From the NCBI GenBank assembly GCA_964016885.1, contig OZ024742.1, positions 154,876,001 to 154,940,000 on the forward strand: a DNA stretch of 64,000 bases, read 5' to 3'. The DNA is from Eledone cirrhosa. Taxonomy: Eukaryota. The translations under genes and the position numbers were made by a program. Below the pieces are notes generated by a model that saw nothing but the letters and a program-made list of their open reading frames with translations, did no database searches and was not told the origin of the DNA. Positions 28,023 through 40,340 of this stretch are shown one piece after another; within the stretch, counting starts at the first letter, position 1; every line of letters begins with the position of its first letter.

Positions 28023-29479
28023 CACCATAACTGGTCACATATCACCACTATTAATGTAACCATTTACATTTCACGTATGCATTCAGCATCGACACCACAA
28101 CCACCACATATGTAATGCTCACATCTACCACTAATTGCTATTGTCGTCGTCGATATCAACACAACGACAGGCATCATCATCATCGGCAACAGCAGAAATA
28201 TAAACATAATCACCACTGTTCCACTAATGGCATCGCATCGTAGATCATAGTTGTATCTCCAAGCGTCCATACCTACATAACTACCTTACCACAATAATCC
28301 AGACATTCAGACACACAACATCATTGTCACCTCGAGCCTATATCATATTGCACATGCTATTTCTGTCTGCTTTAATGCATGTTTAGAAGTAGAAATTTGC
28401 AAAACAGATGTTTACATCAAAACAACCGTGGGAATTATACAAAAAGCCCACTTTCTGAAATACTAAACTTTATCCTACACATCCGTGCAAAAGGTCTTAA
28501 AACCGTGGACTTATTTTGCTGTGGGGCAATTGCTATTCAAAGAAATTCAATTCCTATTCTGTCTCTAATAGTCTAAAAATGAAAAAAAAATAAAAATCAT
28601 ATAAGAATCATATCATCAATGACTCACTAAAGTTCATCATGCATTAGTGGCATTAATCTCATGTTCTTACTGCAGCTGTTTAATCCCATTTCCCTCCTCA
28701 ATGAAAATATACATGATCATGTTTAGATTTCAAATATCCTTATGCCGACTTCTCAGTAATGGTTTGGGTGTTAAATATTTACCAGGTCTGTTTTGTGGGA
28801 TCCGCCTCAATATTTACTATATCCCTATAAATGTATGTCATTCTAATGAACTTCGAAATATCATTAATAAGTTCGAAGTCGATTTTTTTCTTCAAGGATG
28901 GATAACATATTTTTTTAATGAGAGTGGTGGGGCAACTAATCGATTATGCTATATCAAGAAATAATTGATCATTGTGGCTTATGTCAAAAAAAAAAAAATA
29001 CTACAGTTATTAGGAGGGAATGTATTGAGAGAATCGTTGGAACGTTAGATAAATTGGTTTGTGGTAATGTTACCGGTTTTTCACGTTAAGATTTCATATA
29101 CCGGTGAGGCAATATTTGCTTCTCATTCTTCAGCAATCAATGAAATAATGTTCTAGTTATGCGCTGAGGTCCATATAAAAGATTGTGATCCTTATCAAAT
29201 ATTCTGATGATGTGTCTGTATTAATAACCATTGTTTTCACTAGGAGGGTGGATAACTGACAAAATCGTAGGAATACTGGACACAATTATTTGCTTTTGTT
29301 TTCTGGCTCATTAGCTTCCAATTTCTAATCCTGCTGGATCTAGCTTTGTCTTTCATGCTAGTGTCGATACAATTGACTGTTTCTCTCCATTACATTTCTG
29401 ATTTTGTAATTAGGTTTGATTTTTTTCTAATGGCATTGAATGATAGAATCTTTAGAACATTGGGCAAAATAATTTCTAG

Positions 29480-29670
29480 ATTATCTCCAGGTCAGTCCTG
29501 ATCGAATATAAATTTAATCAAAGGCATTACACCCGTGACCATGCGTGTTCCTATGTACACAGTCCACTATTATTCATTAGTTCCTTTTTACAAGATTTTG
29601 GGATGTGCTGCATGGGACATTTGATTTAATTCGAGATAAAGTTATCTTGTGAAAGCCTCATCTTTGGTTA
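29480..29670 (+). mobile_element. Old dispersed repeat of unknown class; further decayed copies near 29830, 30160, 44950, 48270, 54195 and 62630 (+) and 31740, 32970, 51640 and 58030 (-)
   Basis: Recurring CCAGGTCAG.CCTGATCG...ATCAAAGGCATT..CCGTGACCAT and TTGG.TGCTATTTCT.GCAG motifs. Confidence 0.55.
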
Positions 29671-32600
29671 GAAAACGTGAGGTATCTATTTGCACTGTTA
29701 ATTATCCGTTGTTCATATCAGGCTGACATCAAATTTACAACTTATCCTTTTAAACTACCTAGCATGTACTGTCGCTGACTGAATCAGTTGTTTCAGTCCT
29801 GTATGTCTCAACATCCATGATGAAAATCACTGCCTGGGGAGACCAATGATCAAGACGAGGTAGCATAGCTAGGGCTACTTGACTTTGTCTGTCTCTCCAT
29901 TTTTACGGTAGTGTGTGATATGAAAAAGAGTTGGTTGCTATTTCTGCCAGTTCTAACGATCACCTAGTATATTTTCATTGGCTTGTAATGTTATTATTGA
30001 TGTTATTGTAGCACTTCTCTGTAAAGTGGGTTGGCGTTATAGTACAAACTGTAGTATATTAGTCGAAACACTTTTAGTTTTATTTAAAATAAAATTGTTC
30101 CGAGGGCTAATTTTCTCTTCATTATTATTATTGTTGTTGTTGATTTCTATGTATGGCGAGTCTTAATTGAGCGAGTTATTATCAAAATCATTCCAAAATT
30201 GGCCATGCCAACGCTTTTTTTCAAATATCATGTATCTAGTACATTAACAAATGTAGCTTTAGATATTTTTTAAAAGAAGTTACGTTATATATTACGACAA
30301 ATTTTGCTACACTTTCTAGCAGACTATGACCACGTAGATTACTTTAATTTTTTCCTTCTGTGGTCGATAACCAATAAGTATAATTCGGGTTTTGTCAAAT
30401 TCCACCAATGTTACAAATATAACTATATAAATTATTTCTTTCAAAGTCACATAACTACAATAGACACATTTCGATAATTTATTTTTCTGTAAACACCCTT
30501 TACACCAGATTTTTCAACATGTTTCTCTTGTTCCCTCTTCAAGGCCTATGTGTGCTAATAAGAAACCATATTATTTTGCCTGTCATATAGAGCTGATTTC
30601 CATTTCTGATTCATATTTTCATTTTTGATTCTGAGTAAACATCGACCATTATTGTGATTTGCTCTTGTATTGTCCTTCCCTCGTTTATATATCACTGAAT
30701 CTCTCACTATAGGAGACAATAAAGAAATCACATATATATATATGTGTGTGTGTGCTACGGCGGAGCATGCCGCAGATTCGGTTTAAAGTAAGTTTTAGTG
30801 TTGTATGATACATAGTTACGCCCCTTAACTATTTTCAGAGGTCAAATTTGCTTTCAGCCTGCTTAGTGGTCAATACAACAATTTCCTGCTGACTTAATTA
30901 ACTATATACTACCACAGGCTTGTGTGATTCTGCATAATTTAAAAATCATTATTACTTTTACTGCAAAAAGGAGCATTGTGTTATTTATTATTCTTGAATG
31001 TTTGTGCTGGAAGGAGGAGCTGTACTCATTGTCTTCCTAGATTTGACTCACCAGGACTGGTGAGATGCAGCTGTTCCCACGATGTGTAAGCATTGGTCTG
31101 GGTAGCTTTCATCGTTCAAGTTTCAATACAATACGAATCAATTCAATCTTGAGTTTGATCTGTCCAAGTATTTTACACTCCATCCCACCTCTAGAATCTG
31201 TGGCGTTCTGCTTATGATTGAATTCCTTATTAATGTTGATATTCGCTATTTGCCGTGATCGTTTGACCTTGGGTCAACTATCACCATCTCAGGTAACATA
31301 GGACTACATTACTTACTATGCCCTTTTTTAAGCAGTTCAGATTTGTTTTTATTAAAATTTCGCTTCAATTTGTGACAGGTATATTTAACACATGAAAGTT
31401 CCCTCATCCCGGACGATATTCTCTCTGTGTAGGGACCCCATAACTATATTATCCGACGTTTCATATTATATTATAGTGGAGTTTGAACTGAATAATTTTA
31501 AGTGCTATACTTATTAAATCGATCAGGCGCAGAAAATGACGTATAGTTTCGTTTTGTGCATTTGTTTATGCACGACGTTCATTGGTCATATATATATTGA
31601 TATATCACTGGGGCTCATGTATTAGATCATTCCACTCTAGTACCATCCATGCTTGATTCCCGAAGCGCTCGTAAAATAGAGCATTGTAATATATTCATCT
31701 TTACTATATATATCCTCGAACGAATTTATGGAAATTTCATACGCTCACTCAACCTGTTGGAAATAGAAGCATTCGAGCTTCTTTCCATGGATTTTAAAAG
31801 CATGCACAATCGATAATATTGGCCCAACATACGCTATATCCGAGAAAAACATTGACGACTGACCTTTGTTTTAATTGAATGGATCATATGTTTACTCAGA
31901 TAGAAATTATTTGGGACTAAACCAGAATAGTAATAACAACAGAAGGTTTTTGTGTCTGCATAAGAATTACAATGATATATATTTATATGTAACACATTTG
32001 AATGCTACAAACATGAATGTCAATTGTTTCATTCTACAAAACTACCAACTTATATCAACTCCCCTCGACCACCATCACCACATTAAACACACACAGATAT
32101 AATTGCACGTATACACATGATTAGAGTTATTTAAATTTCCCTCCAGGACAAATATTTAATAAAGAAATGAATAAATTATATCTTGTTGAAAATACGTAGT
32201 AAAATGCACCACCATGTACATGTCTCAATATTACGGAATTTGCCATTGATTTGCAATACTCAGTTAATTTACTGGCGTACGTGTATTGAAAATCGGTGTT
32301 GGGTACTGTTTGTATCACCTTTATACCGAAATATATAAAATATGATAAGTAATAAAGAAAGCGTTTGGAAAGACGGTAAAATGCGAAGAGAAATGTAGAG
32401 ATGGAACGGAAGTAGGGTACAAATAAAATAATGACAAAACAAAACAAAATAGTTTACCTATATCACAGGAAAAGTTCGAGGGAAAAAGCTTATCTACTTT
32501 GAAATATAATGAAATGTCCTTGTCAAAATCATTGCTTGTTTTATCATTATTTTTTTCTTACTCTACTCTATTTCTGTCAATTATATTTCTATCCGTACTG

Positions 32601-33164
32601 TACTGGCTTTCGGAATACATTTTTTTATTATTTATTACATATCTCACAATGCTGCATATAGAATATCAAATCTTTGTGTTGTGGCATAACCACGTATGAT
32701 CAAGCAGATTAATGTTCAAATGTATTTCAAACACTACTATCCCATTTTTCGGAGTATGAAGGTCGGCATTATATATATACATTGTGTGTGTGTGTCTGAG
32801 GGGGGAGGGTGGTTAATTAGTATAGTGTGTCCTTTTTAATTTTAAAGAGGGCAGCTTATAATGTAATAGGGATATAGCTCCAGTAGATTGAGTAACTATA
32901 TACACCCTTTCCTAGTGGCCCTTACGAAATACTTGCATATAGCATAGCTCTACAATCAGGAAGTTCTTACGTGGATATGCAACCTATATTTAATAGCAGC
33001 TATATCTTACACAAAGACTCTCATCGTCTTAAAAAGTCAGACTATATTGTTCAACCCGTTAAAGGAAAGTTAGCCCTGATGCTATTGGTTATAGTCCTAG
33101 ATATTGGTTTATCAAGTCTGACGTGTGTATAAAATAACAACGATTACATCATAATCAATGGAAC

Positions 33165-33400
33165 TTCGTCGATTCCGAGGACAGTTGTTCCAGCTGATTC
33201 ATTCAACTGAAGAACCTGCTCATGAAATTAACGTGCAAGTAGTTTGATAATTGCATAGACATGTTTACACTTAACGAATTTATCAGGATGTTTAAGCGTG
33301 ATACAGAATCGGTTTTTTTAATCTAGAGGTACAAATCATTTGTGCCAGATTATTTGGACAGAAGCAACGTAAAATCAAAGGTCTTTCTTGAGAACACCAC
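33165..33400 (-). mobile_element. Decayed SINE body, same family as 3985-4130 and 50505-50800
   Basis: TGAAATTAACGTGCAAGT...AGCAACGTAAAAT shared with the 50505 copy. Confidence 0.65.
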
Positions 33401-33545
33401 ACACCGATGTCCAAGTGTTTGTCAGTGTCGTCGCAATTCATTTCTACACCCAAGTTAATTTCTGCATATATATATATAGAAAAAAAGATGAAATCGAAAA
33501 TGCAACTGGAGTCTTATTTTTAAAATATATATATTTATTTGGTTC

Positions 33546-33581
33546 CTTTACCGGTTTCGCAGTTCTTCTGCTTTTCAAAAG
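33546..33581 (-). ncRNA. 36-nt minimal hammerhead, U3-A8 core variant
   Basis: CUU-UUGAAAA-GCAG-AAGAA-CUGC-GAAA-CCGG-UA-AAG. Confidence 0.7.
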
Positions 33582-33621
33582 TAGAGTTGAGATGGAGGCT
33601 CTGTGGTTTTTCTCACCTCTA

Positions 33622-33657
33622 CTTTTGAAAAGCAGAAGAACTGCGAAACCGGTAAAG
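33622..33657 (+). ncRNA. 36-nt minimal hammerhead, U3-A8 core variant
   Basis: CUU-UUGAAAA(33625-31)-GCAG-AAGAA-CUGC-GAAA(33645-48)-CCGG-UA-AAG. Confidence 0.7.
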
Positions 33658-33749
33658 GAACCAAATAAATATATATATTTTAAAAATAAGTCTCCAGTTG
33701 CATTTTCGATTTCATCTTTCTCTCTCTCTCTGTCTCTATATATATATAT

Positions 33750-34542
33750 ATATAAAGAATGAATAATAACAGGTAGACATCATAAAAAGGTAATTTATTC
33801 CGCGTGCTTACAAATGTTTCCACGGTGGTACTACAGCCTAGTTATGCTATGTGCAAATTTACAATTCACTATAAAATAACTTAACATTCGAACCCGTAAA
33901 TATAACATCGCTTTCTAGCTAACCACCTTCTCTTCCCCCACACTACAAGACAATACACTGCTTATCACTATAAATGGTAACTCAGTGCAATTCGTAGATT
34001 ACTACTACAAACCCAAAGTTCACTCACCACATAAACTTCGTCTGTCCCCTCCCTACCTCTCTCTCTACATCCATTACACTCTCTCTCTCTCTCGCCTTTG
34101 GCCTACCTCCCTCTCCACATCTATGAACCTGCCCTCTGTGGCAATAAATAATTCCGACCTTAACTATCAACACATCTCTCCAAAAGTAACCAGTATAATA
34201 AAACCCCTACCATAACATTTTGATTAAGATATCTACAAACCACTCTCTCCTACTTCTCCAACCCCTGCATATCTTTCTCTCTCTCTCCCTCTCCCCTACT
34301 TTTCTCTCTTCCTTTTCTACTCTATCTACCCCAACAACACCACTTAAGGGTATTTACATTGTACATTTTACCATTCTGCTCTAGGATACAGTGGTCACAG
34401 CATTGGATATTTGAGTTCTGCAAATACTTGTAAATTTGCACATAGCATAACTAGGCTGTTGTACCACCGTGGAAACATTTGTAAGCACACGGAATAAATT
34501 ACCTTTTTATGATGTCTACCTGTTATTATTCATTCTTTATAT
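33750..34542 (+). mobile_element. Penelope-like 3' region with an inverted copy of its 3' end (115-bp arms 33750-33864 / 34428-34542)
   Basis: Arms nearly identical; decayed hammerhead at 34377-34487: UGCU-CU-AGGA (G5 lost)-UACAGUGGU...ACCACCGUG-GAAA-C-AUUU-G-UA-AGCA. Confidence 0.75.
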
Positions 34543-34682
34543 ACACTCCGGAATACAGAAGGATCAAGAACAAAGTTTCTTCAACAATTCTTCCATAACT
34601 CGTAGAGTAACCTCTCACCGTACGTCAACTATATCCAGTGTAGTAATTAACCATTACTACATCTTGGATAATCCTATACCTA

Positions 34683-34743
<61 letters not shown>

Positions 34744-34759
34744 GAGACTGTAGATAATA

Positions 34760-35200
34760 TTGATAGGTTTCCCCAATGGTTGGCTCAGGCCAAGTCTATC
34801 TTAATGACACCATTTGGCGACATGTTTAAGATTATGGTTTCACAACCAATCACGTTTTGGACACCGTGGCCCACTCTAGCGGAGTTGTTGTTTTCGGAAT
34901 GTGTTCCGGGAACTATTGAATTTTTTGGGATCTGTTTCTGTGATGAGACCACAATGGACAACAGTATTCATGGCGGAGCCGGGCAAGGTTTAAGTGGAAT
35001 TGGATGCTGGTGTGAATTTCTCTAGACAAGACAGTTCTGAGAATCCAGGAACACATTCTGCACGCCAAGTAAATTTTGTTCCTTATGTGAGTACTGCAGC
35101 TTAAAATGTACTCCACAATTATTACACGTTCTCTTGGGTAATTGTTATGCTACAAGCGTTTCACCTGAGGGAAGTGACTCTTTTCCAAAGTGGATTAATT
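34760..35200 (-). pseudogene. CR1-like LINE C-terminal fragment
   Basis: Minus strand CSWILRT...LARLRHEYCCPLWSH (RPHLEYCCPLWSP-like). Confidence 0.75.
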
Positions 35201-35261
35201 CGAATTGATCTTCATTTAGTGGCATATTAATTTTTATCACACGTTACATAACAACGTTCAT

Positions 35262-35294
<33 letters not shown>

Positions 35295-35667
35295 CAAACA
35301 TACAGGCAAGTTCTACAGGCAAGTTCAGCCACCCCTACCCACAGCCGGCGTTATGAAGAAATTTAACTATGTATGCGACATCCCAAAATATGTGACCACT
35401 ACCCTTGACAGAAAAGAAAAACAACAATTTTTAGAATTGTTTGGTATAATACAACTGCTGTGTTTTGATTACATGCCCTTAATAAGTTCAGCTTGATTAC
35501 TACCGTCCTAACACTACTGGGATAGTTCAGATCTAGCTGTCGAAACGGCCGGAGCTCAGTCGTCGGTGTCGAGACTCTATTACTACATATACATATAAAT
35601 TTGTTTTCGATCTTAACGTGGTGTATACTTAGGAGTATTTATGAGAGAATAACAATAATATAATAAT

Positions 35668-35852
35668 AGTTGCTTCTACTTTTGGCACCAGACCAGCAAT
35701 TATTCAGTGCATTACTGGTACTTTATATTATCGACCCGATAAGGAGGAAAGGTAAAGTTAACCTCGGCGGGATTTGAACTCAGAATGGCGAGGGCTGTAA
35801 TTCTATGCGTCAAATAATGGTGTCCGACCCTTACCGATATTGCCAACTCACT
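35668..35852 (-). mobile_element. SINE (Deu/Nin-like)
   Basis: CTGGTACTTTATATTATCGACCC...AACCTCGGCGGGATTTGAACTCAGAA. Confidence 0.9.
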
Positions 35853-36466
35853 TTCAATCAAAGATATTAACATTGTACCATTAAGTACTAGATATACTAT
35901 CCGGGGGGCAAATATCTCATTTTAACCCCTTTCATCATGTGTCTGCTTATTGAAGCCTGACCGCGGGTGCCTTAAGCAACTATACTCAGTTACAATAATA
36001 CGTGATAAGCTTTTAGGTTCATATCTACTCCTTTTCCTTCATACCAGTCTCGGCGGATCCTAAAACGGTCACGGGTGATGCTCTACTTCTTAATTAAGTG
36101 ATAAAACCGATTTTAGCTAATCAGCTAGAGACATATTGATTCAATAAAGCTAACCTGACCCCAGTACACTACCGAAAAATAAATTTATCGTTGATGACCG
36201 AAAGTGTAGTTTAGCGGACAATGTTCATGATATGGTGACCCAGCACCTATAAGCCAACTGATGTGATTGTGTATTCAAAGTAATATAAGAGCCCCTTTTA
36301 CAAAGGACACAGCCACCCGAATTGTGTTTCATTTATTCACACACATTAATACACTTGTCACGCTTCCTCCTCCTATAAAGCCTACTCGTCTATCAGTAAC
36401 TCATGCCATATGGCAGTTTCTCAGTCAGTTTCATTACAGGAACCTGTCCATTCGTATTCGTGTACA

Positions 36467-36543
<77 letters not shown>

Positions 36544-37098
36544 TAATACAAATTTAAGCATAAACTCATAAACATTCACTTTAAATTAGATACCAGAGGT
36601 ATGTATATGAGGCGGCGAAGAAGCAGTCCTTAAAGCGTAGGGAAAGTGTGGTGGCTGTATACGTTTCGAGCTCCTTTAAGGGTCAATAAAATGCCAGTCC
36701 AATACTAGATACGATAATTCTATTTCTCTATACTCCCTCAATAGCCACCCCACTCTCTCTAAGTTGAACTTGTAATTCAGCCTTTTCACATGAAATACTG
36801 CGTCGCTCAGATATTCACTCAATGTGTATGGTTTCAGTCCTTCAAACAACTGACAGAAAGCAACAGATGTTTAGCACCCACCCACCCCTCTCTCTTTCTT
36901 TCTATATCTCTCTCTCTCCCTCAATATATACATATATATATATATATATATTTATTCAGGTTTGAGGTTCACCACTGTATAGAGCTGGTCTATTCCGTAT
37001 GGTCAATCGTAATGCAATAATATAGAGAGTACTCAACGTAAGGCAGTTCAACCGTCTTTGTTTTTTGTAGTTGGTGGTGCTATTACGGAGTTAAATAT

Positions 37099-37407
37099 TA
37101 TAATGAAATGACAGGAGGAGGCTGGATTTGTGTAAATCCTTGAAAGGTTTATTATACTATGATCATTTCAATGACCGGGTTCCATATGAATCCAATGATA
37201 TCATCAGGTATTCGAAATATAATACGTGAATGTAATAGATGAAATCCATGGGGCTGAAAATCGAGGACCCGAGGGCGACCGCTATTCTGTTCCTTCAACC
37301 TCAGCCGGTCGCCCCGGATTCATACGGAACCCGGTCATTGAAATGATCATAGTATAATAAACCTTTCAAGGATTTACACAAATCCAGCCTCCTGTCATTT
37401 CATTATA
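37099..37407. repeat. Inverted-repeat element (37099-37193 / 37316-37407) with a GC-rich internal hairpin
   Basis: Arms are reverse complementary; the right arm holds only the hammerhead 3' half. Confidence 0.9.
37154..37211 (-). ncRNA. Minimal type I hammerhead ribozyme
   Basis: Minus strand: AUAC-CUGAUGA-UAUCAUUGGAUUC-AUAUG-GAACCCGGUCAUU-GAAA-U-GAUC-A-UA-GUAU, followed by AAUAAA. Confidence 0.75.
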
Positions 37408-37884
37408 TATACCAGTAATGCACTGGGTAATTGCTGGCCTTGTGACTAAAGTAGAAACAATTATATATATATATATTTCTATATATACACATATATTGTT
37501 ATACTTTGAGAGCGTAATACTGCCAATAAAAACACACGCACCTGTTGGTTTTGACTTCAATTTATTATAAATATCCAGTTAGTTATAATACATTGATATG
37601 AAAACCGAAACGTGCGTGGATTTTTATTGGCAAAAGGACCCTAACAAAGGCTAATAATATATGTTTCAACACACGTTTTAAGATGAGAAATCTTGCAAAA
37701 TAAATACAAAAATGATGTACCCGAACATGTTACTATTGTAATTAATTATACTTAACTAGCCCTAATGAGTGAGAGCTCAAAAACCTTAGGTCTCTATACC
37801 AAATTTGTACTAAAATGTATATATATATATATATATGAAGCGAAACTCTATCACATATTGAACATTACATAAATAAGTGCTAAA

Positions 37885-38090
37885 CATGCCCAGTAGAAGG
37901 AAGACGCAGGAGAAGAAGACCACGATAAACATGGGCGGAGGTAGTGAGAGCTGACCTCAGATCGCTGAAGCTCACGAAGTAGATGACAAAGGACTGGAAT
38001 GCAGAGATGCTGTGGTGAATAGGACCCGTCTCACCCTTGTATGCAGGGAAAAGCGGACGTAAAATGATGATGATGATGATGGTGATGATT
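37885..38090 (+). mobile_element. RTE-clade LINE 3' end
   Basis: GRRRRRRPR*TWAEVVRADLRSLKL (GRPRKTW...DL motif), short UTR and (GAT)n tail. Confidence 0.75.
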
Positions 38091-38644
38091 ACATCATACG
38101 GTTATACACATTTCGAAGGAACAGAAAGATGGTTATTCAATGATTATTTAATACGTTTTCATCAGACAAAAGTTCGAATCTAAATACTAACAAAGTTTGT
38201 TTTTATTGATATGCAATCGTGAGGTTGTGTTTACATCTCGATCCTGAGAGTGCTCGCCCGATTACAACATCGGTGGTTGATTGATTGCATCCACCAACAC
38301 TGATTAGCATAATAAATATGTTTATTTATGTTACACACACACACACACATTTATATGTAGGCCTATTGGCACAGTGGATGCAATTCCGGGTGTAATATGT
38401 TGAAGTATTTTTTCCGACATTCTCTACTATCAGTTCAATTTCCACCGACGTGAATTAGCTTTTCTTTCTTTTTGGGTGAATTAAAAGCTCTTTCGCTATA
38501 TTTCATTTATTTTCGATCTGTTTCTTTCAATACCTGGAAGAGAGTCGGATGTGTTTAGGTGTGGAGAAATGATGAGCCCTGCCTAATTTAAAATGTTAAC
38601 AAATGCCGTATGTCACCAGAGCTTACAGGTTTACAGCTCCCACA

Positions 38645-38728
<84 letters not shown>

Positions 38729-38875
38729 ATATATCTATATATATGAGAAAGTTCAATTTAAATTGTTGGGATACAACAAGCAAATATTTTTATAACTGAT
38801 ATAAAGCAGTCAACAAATAATTGGAGTAAAAAATACGATATTAACAAATGGAAACTATATTTATAAAACCATATT

Positions 38876-38940
38876 TATTTCATTATACATATTTCAAGGA
38901 CACCAAGTTAAATTATGGTGTGCTTTCATCAGATAAAATA
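38876..38940 (-). ncRNA. Minimal type I hammerhead ribozyme (family A)
   Basis: UAUUUUAU-CUGAUGA-AAGCACACCA...UGGUGUCCUU-GAAA-U-AUGU-A-UA-AUGAAAUA. Confidence 0.85.
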
Positions 38941-39066
38941 TAATATAGAGCAGTTTTATAAATACATATTGACATATCCTTAAAGAATGCGACTATCCGG
39001 GAGCTTCCAACAGTAATGGTCGCATTCTTTAAGGGTATGTCAATATTTATTTATGAAAATATATTA

Positions 39067-39131
39067 TATTTTATCTGATGAAAACACACCATAATTTAAC
39101 TTGGTGTCCTTGAAATATGTATAATGAAATA
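39067..39131 (+). ncRNA. Minimal type I hammerhead ribozyme (family A)
   Basis: UAUUUUAU-CUGAUGA(39075-81)-AAACACACCA...UGGUGUCCUU-GAAA(39112-15)-U-AUGU-A-UA-AUGAAAUA. Confidence 0.82.
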
Positions 39132-39364
39132 AATATGGTTTTATAAATATAGTTTCCATTTGTTAATATCGTATTTTTACTCCAATTATTTGTTGACTGC
39201 TTTATATCAGTTATAAAATTATTTGCCCAACAATTTAAATTGAACTTTCACATATATATAGATATATATAAAGAGATATATATATATATATATATATTAG
39301 AAAGTGAGGTTTTTTTACAAAATGAAAAATAACCTAGGTGTCCTACACGAGAGAAAGTATAAAG

Positions 39365-39500
39365 AAAAAAAGATGAAATCGAAAATGCAACTGGAGTCTT
39401 ATTTTAAAAAATATATATATATTTATTTGGTTCCTTTACATGTTTTGCAGTTCTTCTGCTTTTCAAAAGTAGAGTTGAGATGGAAGTTTTGTGGTTTTTC
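39365..39500 (-). mobile_element. Third copy of the U3-A8 element; hammerhead at 39434-39469 has G12A
   Basis: Matches 33481-33612; minus strand reads UUGAAAA-GCAG..CUGC-AAAA-CAUG-UA-AAG. Confidence 0.85.
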
Positions 39501-40020
39501 ATATGTATAATATATATATATGCAAAGTGTAGCGAGACAAAATAGAGAGTGTATACAATGGTATTGAATATATACATTATTTTCATATTAATTCCACAAA
39601 GATGAAATTTAAATTCATCCCAGATAGTATTTGAACCAGATAAAGTAAAACTGAATACTATAATATATTTATTCGCTGCCCTTCAGGCACAACATTCCAT
39701 CCTGCGTTTAAATAAACAAAACAGCAAAGTTTTTTTTTGTTTCTAGTAAGAATACCTGACATATATTTTGGTAAAATGAAAAATTGGAAATAGCATAGAA
39801 TGTTTATGGGAATTTGTGTAAAGTATTGACTTCAAAAGGATTAATACTGATTTCTAACATTGGAACAAAATTGCATATTTCTCAAGAGACGGGAATCGAT
39901 TTAATCGATCTCAGTACTTGACTGGTATTTCTATTTTTCTATGTTTTTGTATCAATCCCAGAAAGATGGAATACTAATTTCATACGGGTGAGATTGGAAA
40001 TCAGAAAGTAAAAATAGTTG

Positions 40021-40098
<78 letters not shown>

Positions 40099-40276
40099 GC
40101 AAGGAATTTATTTCGGTGTCATGACTGATCCTGCCATACATATATTTTATGCGGACGTTAAAATGTACATATTAAAGGGCAGAATACTTGCTGCAAGCAA
40201 ACAGCCGTTTATAGGTATCTATGTACGTATGTTTGTACAGTAATCATGCATGTATGTATGTATGTATGTATGTATG

Positions 40277-40340
<64 letters not shown>

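Larger units (their letters stand above)
33485..33719. repeat. Palindromic element, ~108-bp arms with ~18-nt spacer, two U3-A8 hammerheads
   Basis: 33485-33592 is the reverse complement of 33611-33719 with few mismatches. Confidence 0.95.
38721..39276. repeat. Large palindrome of family A pLTR (~260-275 bp arms, ~20-nt spacer) with two intact hammerheads
   Basis: Left arm to ~38996 is the reverse complement of ~39016-39276, with a few substitutions and indels. Confidence 0.95.

Noticed and set aside
33207-33235. CTGAAGA...GAAA motif (also 29090-29135 on the minus strand)
   Set aside because: No complete stem set; both lie inside decayed SINEs and are chance matches
38098-38170. Minus-strand CUGAUGA...GAAA-U-GUGU-A-UA hammerhead candidate
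   Set aside because: Stem I is only 2 bp and stem II is unpaired; at best a heavily decayed copy, so not listed as a feature
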